From Centroscyllium fabricii (Eukaryota), in contig JBNRSN020000006.1 in NCBI GenBank assembly GCA_051313645.2, positions 52,824,001-52,888,000 of the forward strand: 64,000 bases of DNA, in the 5' to 3' direction. Position 1 is the first letter of the stretch, and each line of letters begins with the position of its first letter. The notes under the pieces are model-generated. The model worked only from the letters and a program-made list of their open reading frames with translations, was not told where the DNA came from and did not search any database. Position numbers and translations under genes: made by a program. Below are positions 37,930 through 52,294 of this stretch, piece by piece.

Positions 37930-40110
37930 TGTCAAGGCTTTGGAGAGGGTTTAGAGGAGATTTACTAGAATGGTACCAGGGATGAGGGACTTCAGTTATG
38001 TGGAGAAATTAGAGAAGCTCAGATTGTTTTCTTTAGAGCAGAGACGGTTAAGGGGAGATTTAATAGAGGTGTTCAAAACTTTGAGGGGTATTGATAGAGT
38101 ACAAAGGGAGAAACTGTTTCCACCGTCTTAAGGGTCAATAACCAGAGGGCACAGATTTAAGATAATTGGCAAAAGAACCAGAGGGGAGATGAGGATAATA
38201 TTGTTTTTATGCTGCGAGTTATAATGATCTGGAATGTATTACCTGAAAGGGTGGTGGAATCAGATTCAATACAGGTTGAGCACCGATAATCCGGCAACTG
38301 ATGGTCTGACAGCTTCAGTAGTCCGGCACGATTGGAAACCGGCGCTCTTCATTTTACGGAGCAGCCGCTCGGCGGTGCCACCATTTCCCGCGAAGGGTGA
38401 GCGAGTGCCGAAGGCGTCGGGCGTTTGGGTTTCTGTTTTTTAAGGTTTTGTAAGTGTTCTATCCCCGGGCTCCCTCCCGGGGATTGTTCTACCGCGCGCT
38501 CCAGGCCCCGGAGAGTGTTCTACTGCACGCTCCAGGCCCCGGGGAGTGTTCTACCGCGTGCTCCGGGCCCCAGGGAGTGTTCTACTGCATGCTCTGGGCC
38601 CCAGGAGTGTTCTACCGCATGCTCTGGGCCCCAGGGAGTGTTCTACCGCGCGCTCCCCCCGAACCTTCAGTGGTTCAGAATTTTCAGTGGTCTGGCACCG
38701 GCCTGGTCCCGAGGGTGCCGGATTAACGGTGCTCAACCTGTAGTAACTTTCAAAAGGAAATTGGACAAATACATGAAAAGGAAAAGTTTACAGGGCTATG
38801 GGGAAAGAGCACGTGTCTGAGACGAATTGGACAGCTCTTTCAAAGAGCCGGCACCTGCACAATGGGCTGAATGGCCTCCTCCTGTGCTTTATGATTCTAG
38901 GTGGCATAACTTCACACTCTTTCTGACAAAGCTTTTGACAAGGTCCCACATGGCAGACTGGTCAGAAAATTTAAAGCCCATGGGATACAAGGGAAAGTGG
39001 CAAGTTGCATCCAAAATTGGTCAGTGGCAGGAAGAAAAGCATAACGGTCGATGGGTGTTCTTGTGACTGGAAGGCTGTTTCCAGTAGGGTTCCACAGGGC
39101 TCAGTACTAGGTCCCTTGCTTTGTGGTATATATCAATGATTTAGACTTCAATGAAGGGGGGCATGATTAAGAAGTTTGTAGATGATACAAAAATTGGCCG
39201 TGTGGTTGACACTGAGGAAGAGAGCTGTAGACTGCAGGAGGATATCGATGGAGTGGTCAGGTAGGCAGAAAGGTGACAAATGGATTTCAATCTGGAGAAG
39301 TGTGAGGTAATGCATTTGGGGGAGGGCTAACAAGGCAAGGGAATACACAATACGTGGTAGGATACTGAGAAATGTAGAGGAACAGAGGGACCTTGGAGTA
39401 CATGTCCACAGATCCCTGAAGGTAGATAAGGCGGTTAAAGAAGGCATATAGGATACAATTCTTTATTAGCCAAGGCATAGAATACAAGAGCAGGGGGGTT
39501 ATGCTCCAACTGTATAAAACACAAGTTAGGGCACAGCTAGAGTACTACATACAGTTCTGGTCACCACATTACAGGGAAGATGTGATTGCACTAGAGAGGG
39601 TAGAGAGGAGATTAACGAGGATGTTGCCTGGACTAGAGAATTTTAGCTATGAGGAAAGGTTGGATAGACTGAGGTTGTTTTCTTTGGAGCAGAGGAGGCC
39701 GAGCAGAGATTTAAATGAGGTGTATAAAATTATGAGGAGCCTAGATAGAGTTCATAGCAAGGACCTATTTCCCTTAGCAAAGAGGTCAATAACCAGGGGG
39801 CACAGATTTAAAGTAATTGGTAGAAGGATTAGAGGGGAGTTGAGGAGAACAATTTTCACCCAGAGGATGTTGGGGTTGGGGGATGGGCGGGGGGGGGGGG
39901 GGTCAGTGGTGGGGGTGGGGAGGGTCTGTAACTCACTGCCTGAAAGGGTGGTAGTGGCAGAAACTCTCATCACATTTAAAAAGTGCTTGGATATGCACTT
40001 GAAGTGCTGCAACCTACAGGGCTACGGTCCAAGACCGGGAAAGTGGGATTAGGCTGGATAGCTCTTTTTCGGCCGGCACAGACAGGATGGGCCAAATGGT
40101 CTCCTTTTCT
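37930..40110 (+). mobile_element. Two adjacent CR1 LINE 3' fragments (about 37930-38900 and 38920-40110)
   Basis: ORF2 C-terminal motifs LYKTQVRAQLEYYIQFWSPHY, LERVERRLTRMLPG, TRGHRFK. Confidence 0.88.
38272..38740. mobile_element. Tigger/pogo-like MITE with an internal tandem array of about 30-32 bp
   Basis: TA|CAGGTTGAGCACCGATAATCCGGCA...TGCCGGATTAACGGTGCTCAACCTG|TA. Host CR1 is contiguous across the site. Repeats gagtgttctaccgcgcgctccaggcccc at about 38455-38660. Confidence 0.88.
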
Positions 40111-40446
40111 ATGATACTCCCTAATATGAGTTATTTGATATCTGCCAGGTGTCTGCTCGCCATCCTGAAAAAAAAGATATATTTTTTATATTTTCTCTTG
40201 GAATTTATTTATTATGGCAAAGCATTTATTGCCCATCTCTGATTGCTTTGAGGGCATTTAGAGTCAACCAAATATTGTGGGACTGAAGTCACATGTAGGC
40301 CAGACCAGGTAGATGTGACAGGTTCTGTTGCTGAATTCAATTTCAGAATTTACCCTGGGCGGGATTATAAACTCATGAGCTCCGGGTTACTCGTCCAGTA
40401 CCATAATCACTAGGCTACCATACCCTACTATTTAAGCAGTAGACAC

Positions 40447-42509
40447 TGTAATGATTAGATGTGGTTACACGTTCTGTCCACTAGGTGGAGAGTTCAGAGT
40501 TCAGAGTACAGAGTTGGGTACAAGGGAAACTGAAACTAAGCAGACATGTTGGATTCTGTGAGACTGCTGCAAGCTGCAAGCTGCTGAACTTGCTATGAAA
40601 ATAAAGTGATTACTTGTTTATTAAATCAAGCCTCATTCTTCAGAACACGAACATAACATGGTACCAGGAGTAAAATCTAAGTGAGTAAACATAACAAATG
40701 AGTGACGACATCATGGATTTAAAACCACCGGAGAGTTTGAAACTAACGGGGAATGTCGACGGAAATTGGCGCACCTTCAAACAGCAGTTCCGCCTCTACG
40801 TTGCGGCCATGGGACTGGAAATGAAGCCGGATGCTAGGAAGGTAGCGTTATTGCTAACAATAGCAGGGCCACAGGCCATGGAAGTATTTAATACGTTCGT
40901 GTTTGCCAATCGAAATGATAATGAAAAACTGGATGTAGTGCTTGATAAATTTGATGCTCACTGCTCTCCAAAGAAGAACGAGACGTATGAGCGATACGTA
41001 TTTCGATCTCGGATGCAGGAACAGCTCAAGCCCTTTAATAGCTTTCTGACGGACTTGAGGCTAAAAGCGCAGTCATGCAACTTTGCAACACTAAAAGACT
41101 CCATGATCAGGGACCAGATCGTTTTTGGTGTGGAGGATAAAAAGATCAGAGCAAGGCTACTGAGGGAAACAGAGCTGACACTGGAAGCAGCCATCAGGAT
41201 CTGCAAGGCAAGTGAACTGTCTCACAAGCAAGTGAAAACGTTCTGCGAAATGGCAGCAGGCACAACGGCGCGCGAGTGACAGTGCGGCAGCGGGTTGGTG
41301 CAGTGTCATACCAGGGGAGGAGGCGCCCACAGACCCAGCCTGCACAGCGAGCAGACGACGGGATGTTCAACTGCATGCGCTGTGGCTCACAATCAAGGAA
41401 GGACAAATCCTCAGACGCAATCGCCGCAGTTTGTTAAAGACTCCACCAGAGACTGTTCGAGAGCTCAGTGAAGCACACAGTGAGTCTCAGTCCATCGCTC
41501 CAACCCCTACAGACTGTAACACCAACACAAACACTCCAAGTGAACCTGTGGTAAGGAAATCCACAAGAGAAATCAGGAAACCCGAAAGACTGATTGCTAA
41601 TTGTTGATTATTGTAAACAAAGTGTGTAATTAGTTGATGTTTTTTTTTAACATAGAACATACAGCACTGTACAGGCCCTTGGGCCCTCAATGTAGTGCCG
41701 CCCTTAGTCCGTCTCTGATTTTTCCTGTCCCCCCTACTGTTCCTTCCCCTCCATGTACCTGTCTATCATCCTTTTAAAAGCACCCAGACTGTCCGCATCC
41801 ACTATTTCAGATGGTAGCCTATTACATTCCCCGACCACTCTCTGTGTAAAGAACTTGCCCCTGCCATCCCTTCTGAATCTGTCTCCTTGAATCTTGTGCT
41901 CGTGTCCTCTTGTTGACGTTCTTCCCGCCCGGGGAAACAGTCTTTGCACGTTTACTCTATCGATCCCCCTCATCATTTTAAACATCTCTATCAAGTCCCC
42001 CCTCTTCCTTCTCCGTTCCAGGGAGAAGAGTCCCAGTTCCCTTAACCGTTCCTCGTATGACTTTCCCCCCATTCCCGGCAGCATCCTGGTGAATCTCCTC
42101 TGCACTCTCTCCAGCGCCTCCACATCCCTCCTGTAGTACCCTTACAGGTTAATTCATGCCACATATATGGAGAATTGGTGTATGTTGCAAGATAACGTTT
42201 CAATGAGAAATGGTTCAGATAACTGACACCTGTGATTTGTTAGTTTACTTGTATTGCATTTTGCCTCAAAGAAAGGGGGATGTAATGATTAGATGTGGTT
42301 ACACGTTCTATCCACTAGGTGGAGAGTTCCACTAGGTGCAGAGTTCAGAGTTCAGAGTACAGAGTTGGGTACAAGGGAAACTGAAACTAAGCAGACATGT
42401 TGGATTCTGTGAGACTGCTGCAAGCTGCAAGCTGCTGAACTTGCTATGAAAATAAAGTGATTACTTGTTTATTAAATCAAGCCTCATTCTTCAGAACACG
42501 AACATAACA
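40447..42509 (+). mobile_element. Internally deleted Ty3/Gypsy element with a tRNA-Leu PBS
   Basis: TSD GACAC. LTRs 40447-40658 and 42281-42509. PBS TGGTACCAGGAGT (40659-40671) matches the 3' end of vertebrate tRNA-Leu(TAA) as recalled. Gag ORF 40698-41279 jumps to an integrase tail near 41400. PPT AAAGAAAGGGGGA. Confidence 0.92.
41650..42135 (-). mobile_element. CR1 3' fragment nested in the deleted Gypsy
   Basis: EALERVQRRFTRMLPG...RGDLIEMFKMMRG...FFTQRVV. Confidence 0.88.
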
Positions 42510-43168
42510 GACACCTCTAACCTAAACAAGTGGCTGTGGAATAACAATCCAGTATAAGCCACAGCCTTAAAGGGAGGGACAGAAAGGAAATTGAGTGGGG
42601 TTTAAATATATGAATTAGCACTCTGTTGATTAATTCTATCCTGCAAAATGTGGTAGAGCTTGAGGTAAAAAATGCAGGTCTAGAAATTGATTCGGGCCAG
42701 TTTCCAAGTGTCAAAATGGGCGCAGGGAACAATCCCTGTGCCTGAATGGAGGCCCGAAGATCGTGGAAAATTGGTCCTCGGGCCTCAGCTAAAGAATCGT
42801 GGTGAGCTGTCGCCGCCTGTCACACTTCCACAGGCAGCTCGCTCAGCGGAACAATCGAACTTCGGACTGCCTGAGGAGAGCGGGAGGGGGGCTCATCACA
42901 GCCAGTAGAAACGCACGGTATTTTGAATGGGCTGCGCTGCCCTTTAAAGCAGCCACGCAACCAAATAAAATGAAAGGGAACATTGGTAGAGACTGCTTAA
43001 CTCACAGCTAATAGAGAGGAGACTTTCTCTGGGTAAATCCAACTCAGCTTGCCAAAGAGAAAAGGAAAGTTGTCTAACTCACTGCATCACTCAGTCCTCT
43101 ATTTCTTTTTCATGTTGTAGAAGTTTAGTTTAATTTGATTTATTACGGATAGGAAGTACTGTACTTAC

Positions 43169-43332
43169 AGTGAGGTCGCCTGACTTTTCTAAAGGCCACC
43201 AACCCCGCAGACGTTTTTGCTGAAATATGGAGATAAGTTTAGTCTCAGAATTCTCTGCGATCATATCCAAGTCACATTTCTTAGCTGCTTTTGCACCATT
43301 AGGAAATCCGTTCAGGTCAAGTTCCACAGATC
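43169..43332 (-). CDS. FER1L6: Ferlin coding exon
   Basis: Acceptor tttgtag|GA and donor ACT|gtaagt. Encodes (G)SVELDLNGFPNGAKAAKKCDLDM...SIFQQKRLRGWWPLEKSGDLT. 164 bp. Confidence 0.92.
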
Positions 43333-43978
43333 CTACAAACAGAAGGGGACAGGAAAATACAAATGCACATGAAAAACTGCTTACATTGGATAAGTCCCTT
43401 CAGGTTATGGACAATGTTGTGAAGTCAATATTTTATCCATTCCCTTTTTTCCAATCGTCTCTACATTTTAAATCCTACTTTTTTTCCCCGCAGTTACCGA
43501 GCATCACCACATTCTCCACCAGTGGGGAAGCCAGGCAAACAGTCCACGGAAGAAGCGGGGAAAATAGCCAATGAATTTGTGGCAACATTTACATTCAGAT
43601 GCTTGTTCAGCTGGTTTAGCTTGGAAGGAGCTGGATGAAAATTACTACCAATCATTTAAAAAATCTGAGATTCATTCCACTTCAGGTGTAAAAATGACCA
43701 CCTCAGAACCTATTTGGGCAGAAAAATAAGTCACTGATAATGGCACTAACTTTATTCATTCACAACAAGAGTAAAATATACCTGTAAATGCCGAGAGATG
43801 TGCAATCAGCGGCCCAGCAGAGCACAAGGGGAAGCTAGATAAGTACATGAGGGAGAAAGGAATAGAAGGATAGCTGATAGGGTGAGATGAAGAGGTGTGG
43901 GAGGAGGCTCGTGTGGAGCATAAACACTGGCATGGACCAGTTGGGGTGAATGGGCTATTTCTGTGCTGTAAATTCTAT

Positions 43979-45036
43979 GGGGGTGATTATCCCTTTGTAC
44001 CTTAGGCGGTAAAGAGCTTCCAAGGTGTCCAAGATGGGTTCTTAAGCTGAAAAACCATTTTTGCCCGCATTTTATGCAAGACACCATCTTGGCAAAGGAG
44101 TTGAAGCTTGCGCTAGGAACGGCCGCCCGAAGGATCGTTAGGGGGTTGACTGCCACATAAGCTGCCTGCTAGCGCTCATTAAGGAGGCTGCGTGGCATTT
44201 TGGTGGCCAGCGCATGACCTAACGCCCTCTCCTAACAGCAACCAGCTGATTGGGAGTAAACATGTCGTTGCTGAGGATTTAGAGTGCTACTTAAAGGTAT
44301 ATCCCCTTTTACTGTTCACTTGCGCTGGAGGTTTGAAGAGGACTTTTGAAACACATCGGAAGACTTTCTGGAACACTTTGTCAAGGCTTCACCAACACTC
44401 GAGCAACATTTATTCCGGAAATTCTCTGAGGACTTCACCTATAAAGAGTAAGTTCTGTGCTACTCTGTCTTATTGGACACCTTATAGGAGTCACCAGGAG
44501 AAAAGGAGCGCTTGGCCATGGGCATCTTGCTAGGGGTCCCCCTTAGTCTGCAGGAGGAATGGGAGGAGGACGAGGATATGAGGCCAGTCAGAGCAGCACA
44601 AGCTGCTGCAGGTTGGAGGAACAGGAGGCCGAGGTGGACTCCTTCCCCCACCTGTGGCTACAGGACATCCCTCCTCCTCCTCTGGACCCCCTCCTTCAGG
44701 ACCTCCAGTGCTACGTTCGAGAACCTGTGTGTCCTCTCACTCGGTCCCTTAGCCATCCTGAAATGTGCCGCTGTGCGTCAGCCAGCACACTCCACACCTT
44801 CAGTGGAAGTGGGTGCGTCGAGCCCACATATACTGCTCCACGAAAATTGTGTCTAATCAGCACTTGAGTGTTATACCTGCAGGTGTCTGCTTTAGCCCCG
44901 CCAGGCAACTTCAAATTATGGTCATCAGCAATTAGGACCAAAATTGCGTGCTAAAATGAGACTTTCAAACAGCCGCGTGTTATTAGCACAGCACCGATTT
45001 AGCACCCATTTTTGCCCTTTCACCAAAATAAACCCC
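43979..45036. mobile_element. Harbinger-derived non-autonomous element with a decayed transposase N-terminal remnant
   Basis: Termini gggggtgattat / aaaataaacccc; MGILLGVPLSLQEEWEE...RRPR remnant. Confidence 0.55.
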
Positions 45037-45820
45037 TTAATAAATCTATGTAACCAGAGGCGAAAAAAACACTGCGCAGCGAGTTGTGATGATCTGGAAT
45101 GCGCTGCCTGAAAGAGTGGTGGAAGCAGATTCAATGGTAACTTTCAAAAGGGAATTGGGTAAGTACTTGAAGGAGATAAAATTGCAGGGATGTGGGGAAA
45201 GAACGGGGGAGTGGGATTATTTGGATAGCTCCAGAGGCACGGTGAGCCAAATGGCCTCCTTCTGTACTATATCATTCTGTGATTCCTTCTGAGCCCAGAA
45301 AGGACACCATGAGCTAAGTGGTTACCTGTCCATGCTGGGATGGATCCTTCTTCATAGCTTCATGCCACTCTTGTAGGAGCAGCTAGGGCAGGATGGGATG
45401 GGCAGATTAGAAGGCTTCCCTGGTGGTGTCATCACCACTACCGTGAGTTTAACAAAGAAGTCAGAGGACAAATTTGAATAGTTGAAATTTGGAACTATAG
45501 TATCTATAAACACATTGCCACAAGATCCCAGGAGGCCAATCAGAGAATCTGGATGAATTCTAGAATAAGGAAAATAATGCGATGGACACCAATATTGAAT
45601 ACTTCCACTTTTTTAAAGATAAAAATGATCTGACAATCGATCCCTTCAAAATTATTTACTTCAGAATTGTGGGTAAGTGAGCTAAGGGTGTATTCAAACA
45701 GCAACCCTTGCTGATTTTTTTCCCCTCCCTAGCAGTAGGGTGCTGAGGCCAATTGTTGTACCTGTACCTCTATTACATGATGCTATCCAAGAGGTTTTGC
45801 CTTCAATTAAATGTGGGACA

Positions 45821-46636
45821 GGGGGGAATTTTCCCGGGTCCGTGAGGGCGGGTTTCTGGTGGGGCAGGGCCTAAAATTGCAAAACCGGGGGTCCCGACGC
45901 CCCCCTCCCCCCCCCCCCCACGCCGGATCGCCGCCGGCTTGTAAGTTTCGGGTGGCGTATCCAGCCGAACTGAGCCGCTGTCGGCGGGGATGCTCGTTTA
46001 GTTAATTGAGGGCCCTTAATTGGCCTGGATAATCCCATTTTAAGGGCCCTCACCTATTTTAAACCCTTTCCCACCCAAACCCCGCCATCCTGAAACCCCG
46101 CTGGTGAAAGCTAGCAGGATCACAGTCGGCTAGGTCACTTTTACCTTCAAGGCATTGAAGGACCTAGAGCAGAATGCTTTCCAGGCCTTCAACACCCTGG
46201 AGGTGTAAGTGACTCCCTTTGCTGAGGGCCATCTGTGGAGAGAAACCTTAAAACAGTAACCTTGACAGATGGTGAAATGCTGGATTGAGAGACAGCCCCC
46301 GACTCTGAAAGATCTCCAGCACGTCCATACACCTGTCACTCAACACACTTGGGCTTTGCGATTGGTTGCATTCCATTGTGATGTCACAATAGACTGTTTC
46401 CATGGAAACTGACAACAGACAGTCCCTAGAACTGTCACTCAAAGCTCCGGCTCCCAGCTGCAGCCCGTTGCTTTCCGACTCGATTCCGGCAATTGGAAGT
46501 GGCTCCCCGCACGCTGGGAATTAATTGCCCAATTTAGTGAAAATTGCGTGGGGTTCCCAGACCCTTGAGCGGGCGGGCCAGAAACCCGACCTGCCCAAAA
46601 CCCGTCAATTTGCCGCACCTGCGGGAAACTTTCCCC
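45821..46636. mobile_element. Harbinger-type MITE of about 0.8 kb
   Basis: Termini ggggggaattttccc / gggaaactttcccc; collinear with 63160-63956. Confidence 0.85.
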
Positions 46637-47828
46637 TGAGCTCCCTAACATGAACACTGTTTTCTAAATAAGCAAATTCTGACTCAATTTAGATTTTGAT
46701 CTGCTTTAACTCTACTTTGGATACAAAACTAAAATAGAATTGAAGAAAATTAACTGAACCGGTTTCATACCCTGTATAACACCAACAACTAACATTTCTG
46801 TAATCTTTACCCAAAAGATCAAACTATCTCCCTACTTACAGAGATGCTCACAGACTTGCTGCGTATATCCAGCGTTTGCTGTTTTTATTTCTGACTTCCA
46901 GCATTTGCAATTAGCGTGGTAGGTTTTCTCCTGGAATTACGCTGGGAAGCACTGTTTCTGAGCTGCTGCACCATTTCCAGGATGTCCCGTCAGAACTGAT
47001 GAGATGGGAGTAGGTTATAACATGCCCATCTATACACAAGTGGGCGCATTGAAACAAGAAGCGAATGACAAAAATACGTCATCCAATGTATAATCTGCCA
47101 TTTATGCCATTGCAATGCTGGCCTGAGGGATCCCTATTCATCAACGGCATCTACTGCAAGGGTCATTTCGAATGTAAGTTCCCCAAAAACCGATGTCATC
47201 AATTTTTAAGAATGTACTTGTACTTGGGATGTGGACAATGCTAGCAAAGCGGTATTTATTGCCCATCCCTAGTGGCCCTGAAGAACCAATCACGTAGTGT
47301 GGGATTGGAGTTACATGTATGCCAGGCCAGCTAAAGTTCGAATGGCTCCCTTCCCTAAAGGACATTAGTGGGCCAGTTGAGTTTTGACAACAAAATGGCG
47401 GCTTTAACAGTCAACTTTTTCCAGTTGCCAACCCACAAATCACCAGATTTATCAAATTTAATTTCAGAAAATGCCATGGTGGGTTTTCAACTCAGCACTT
47501 CTGGGTTGCTAGGCATGTACAAAAACCACCAGCGTAACATACCCTTGCAGAGGCTTAGGTACCAAGTTTTTTCATTTAAACTTTTGCACCCGCAGAGCTG
47601 CACTGTTCCAGGCGATCAGGGCCCAGCATGAACAATTACTGCTCCTAATCCAGGTAGTCTTCAAAAATAGATTTTAAATGACCGTGAGGCTAAAAAAAAA
47701 AGTCCACTGTCAAGAGTGCATCTTTGAGGCAGGTGGAAATCTCACCATGACGCAGGTGCTCCCAATTCCTCAAAAGCAGATGATCTAAACCCTTGTCTTT
47801 TTATGTCTTGGAGTTAGATTTGAAATCA

Positions 47829-48835
<1,007 letters not shown>

Positions 48836-48952
48836 AGGATATACTTGAAAGTTGAAACATTTAGACTCACTTGACGATTTGTACAGGGAATAGAAAAGGT
48901 TAACCCGGAACACTGGATTGTGTGCAGGAGCCGCCAGAGGACTGCACAGGAC

Positions 48953-49333
48953 GACACGGTGGCGCAGTGGTTAGCATTGCTGCCTCGCAATAAAGAGCTC
49001 CTGGGTTCGAATCCTGCTTGGCCCGGGACCTCTCTGCGTGGAGTTTGCATCTTCTCCCCGTGTTCATGTGGGTTTCTTCCGGGTACTCAGGTTTCCTCCC
49101 ACCACCCAAAGACATGCAGGTTAGGTGAATTGGAGATACTAAAAATTGCCCATGAGTATGTGTGTGAGATATGGTTCTTGGAGTTGGGGTATTGGGTGGT
49201 GTGGGGGGAGGATGGGGGAGGGTTGGGGGGGTGCTGGGTTTGGATGATCAGCCATGATCTCATCAGAAAATGGTGGAGCAGGCTCGAAGGGCCGAATGGC
49301 CTACTCCTACTCCTATCTTCTCTGTTTCTGTGA
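48953..49333 (+). mobile_element. V-SINE (HE1-like) with a CR1-derived 3' tail
   Basis: A box ggtggcgcagtgg, B box gggttcgaatcc, V-domain gtggagtttgcatcttctccccgtg, CR1 tail gatcagccatgatct...ggccgaatggcctactcct. Confidence 0.85.
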
Positions 49334-49919
49334 TGTCCTGGACTTTGGAAAATTATGGGGTTAGACTTTCACTTGGGCCCACTGTCTTAAATGGGGCGGC
49401 AGAGATCTGAAAATGACTCACCACCCCGTTTAGGCCAGCGTTCCGGCTGCTGCCCCCTTCAAAGTGGCCAACGTATCTGCCTGGCTTGGGCAGTAGTCCC
49501 TCTTAATATGCAAATTGGGGTCCTATGACATAGATGGGACCCTGATAGCCACTTTAGAACTAAACTGGGTGGAGCGTGCGCCATGGACTTCTGAAGGGGA
49601 GCCCAAAGGTAGGTTTTTATTTATTTTTGTGGGTCCAGGAGCAGTAGGAGTGCTCCTCTGGGCCGTGCAAAAATAATCTGGGCCACTGCCGCACCCGTTC
49701 CTCCGACCAGCGCAGGTGGACACCCCCGACCTACCTTTTTCTCCAGCCTGTGGCTGCCCAGTATTCTGCCAGATTGGAGCCGGCAAGCCTCCCCGGAGGC
49801 CCGCAGCCTGCCGAGTGTATGGGAATGAGGCCCAGCCCTAAAAACGGACCAGGTTCCCAGCAGGACCATCAACAGCCGGCTGCCTTGCTCTACAGGCAGG
49901 CCATCCTATAGGCAAAATC

Positions 49920-50260
49920 AGGCTCCCTGATGTCTCAAACAAATTGCACAGCTCTCTCATTCTGCTGCTGGGCGCCCACGTGGGAAGTGATGGAACTGTG
50001 CCCGTCAAGCAACACGAGTCACCTGCTTTCTACATTGGTGAATTGCTGATTTCTGCTGATGCTGCTGATGTTCCCTGTGGCAGCTTGGAATGAGCCAGAC
50101 ACCTAAATGTTCAGGGATGTGCTGACCTTAACAACCAATGCCATTGCCATCGATGTGATGGAAGTTGGCTAGAAGTTAGGGTCCAGGAGAGGCACAATTC
50201 CGTCACTGCCTCCCCAGTGAAGCCTCACATGCAAGGGCAGTCTGCCCCTGACATTCCAAG
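49920..50260 (-). pseudogene. Harbinger transposase remnant
   Basis: FTGEAVTELC...ALVVKVSTSLNI*VSGSFQAATGNISSIS resembles the N-terminal HTH region of 26654-27928. Confidence 0.6.
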
Positions 50261-51356
50261 TTAAGTGTGGCCTCAACCTGTATATGCAACTTTGTGGGTA
50301 AGGGTATATGAGTAAGGGTAGTCTATCTCTGATGCACGTGACCTGCCCAGCATTCCTCCTTTCGCCTATTCCTCAAATAACACAGCAAAGGATGAACCAT
50401 CATTGCAATGCCTAGTTTCAAAATTATAACTGTAGCAACTAAAAATGTGGTAGACAAAACATTTGGGCACAAACTAGAGCTGAAATAACAAATAGCCCAA
50501 ATCCCCCAAAAAATGACACTTTCAAATATGAAAATACAGAAATTCCCTTCCTTACTGCCACCCATTAGTGCTGGAATCCTTGCGAAAAATGGCAGCCACC
50601 ACCCTAATGCCCTTCTCTGGCGTGGGACTCGGTTGCTGCCATTTTGGTGAGGGCTTTGGCGCTGCTGATAGCAGCGCTGGCCCTTGGGATGCAAATATGG
50701 AGAGCGTGACATCAATGCTGACTGGCGTCAGGCTCTGCAAACTTGGACCTTAGTGCTGAGTTTAGCGCTGGGTCCTAAGCTCACTCAGGAAAGTGAGCAT
50801 GCAGCAGACTGACAGAGATGCTGTCAGCACTTCTTGAACGGACACACACATCTTTCAGGTAAGTTTGCTTTTAAGATTTTGAACTGGAATTTTTTGATTT
50901 TATTGATGTAGTGGCTTGGTGCAATGCATGTTAAAAAATGTTTTTAAGTGTGCAAGGAGATCTGCTGGATGCTTGCAAGGCCACGGATGGTAAAGGAAGG
51001 CCTCTGAGAAGACAGAAAATGCTGGAAATACTCTGCAGGTCAGGCAACATCCATGGGGAAAGAAACAGAGTTCACGTCTCAGAGCGAGATGCTGCCTGAC
51101 CTGCTGAGTATTTCCAGCATTTTATGCTTTTATGTCAGATTTACAGCATCCCCTCGGAGAGGGAAGAGGAAGATGCCGAAGAGGAAGTCACAGAAGAGGA
51201 AGACACGGAAGAGGAGGAAGCAGAAGTAGGGATGCATCCCAGACAGCCCTTTTTTGGCCAGGATATCCGGGATAGAATCATCTGGTTGCGGTAGCAGTGC
51301 CTACAACCCCAATTGCCCTTTCAACATTAGTCCTACATCTTACCTTCCCTCTGTAA

Positions 51357-51972
51357 AGGCCCTGTCACACCTTGACGTTTTAGCCAGCGTATGCAAATTT
51401 GGCTAAAACGCTGGGTTACGTCGGATACGTTATGGGTACGTTTTGCATACGTTACGAGAACGCTGGCATACGCTGGCCATAAGTTGCATACGTCGTTGTA
51501 CTTCAAGTAAGTCGAGATTTTTTGAGCATGCACAAAAAATCTCGATGTATCCTGCGTATGATTCACACGTTCCGCATACGCTGGCCATACGTTGTAGGCA
51601 CGTTAGGCGATCGTTGAACACACATTACCTGTGCCCCTGTCATGCCCTGTCACACCTTGACGATTTAAGCTAGCGTATGCCAACGTATCAAAATTTATCT
51701 AAAACGTCGGCGATTCGCTGCCGCGCGCTATGCATACGTTAGACTATCGTTGGGCATAAGTTGTGAACGCCGACAACACGCTAAGCATTCGTTGGTATAA
51801 GTTATCTGTAAGTTATCGATAAGTTCTGTGTACGTTACTAATACGTTATGCATACGTTATGAATACGCTATTATACGCTATTATACGCCCAAAACTGAAA
51901 AAAGTGTCAAAAGTTCAGCGTTTTAGCCAAATTTGCATACGCTGGCTAAAACGTCAAGGTGTGACAGGGCCT
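51357..51972. mobile_element. MITE with long perfect TIRs (Harbinger-like)
   Basis: About 57-bp inverted repeats aggccctgtcacaccttgacgttttagccagcgtatgcaaatttggctaaaacgctg, flanked by TAA/TTA. Confidence 0.88.
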
Positions 51973-52294
51973 TTACTGACCATCACAGCATCCTCTTGAC
52001 CACAATGCTGAAATAAAAGCCACCACAAAGCAAACTTTCCAATCCAACTTTATACATCTATCCATCAAATATGACATCAAGAAATCAATTCATCACCCTT
52101 ATGCATTCCCCAGTGACTGTCTTGTGTGTGCCTTTGCCTATCCTACTAATGTCAAACAGTGCTACCCCAGTGGCTACAGCACGGCTGGTAGAAGGCTGCT
52201 GACTTTCAGTGGGGGACACTGCAAATGGCCTTGCAGGTTGACCTTGAGGAGCTGGGGGCTGGGAGTGCCAAATTAAGTGATGGTGTTTCTTCTT

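Noticed and set aside
48953-49030. tRNA genes (also at 18251 and 36772)
   Set aside because: The A/B boxes run directly into SINE bodies and no intact cloverleaf is evident.
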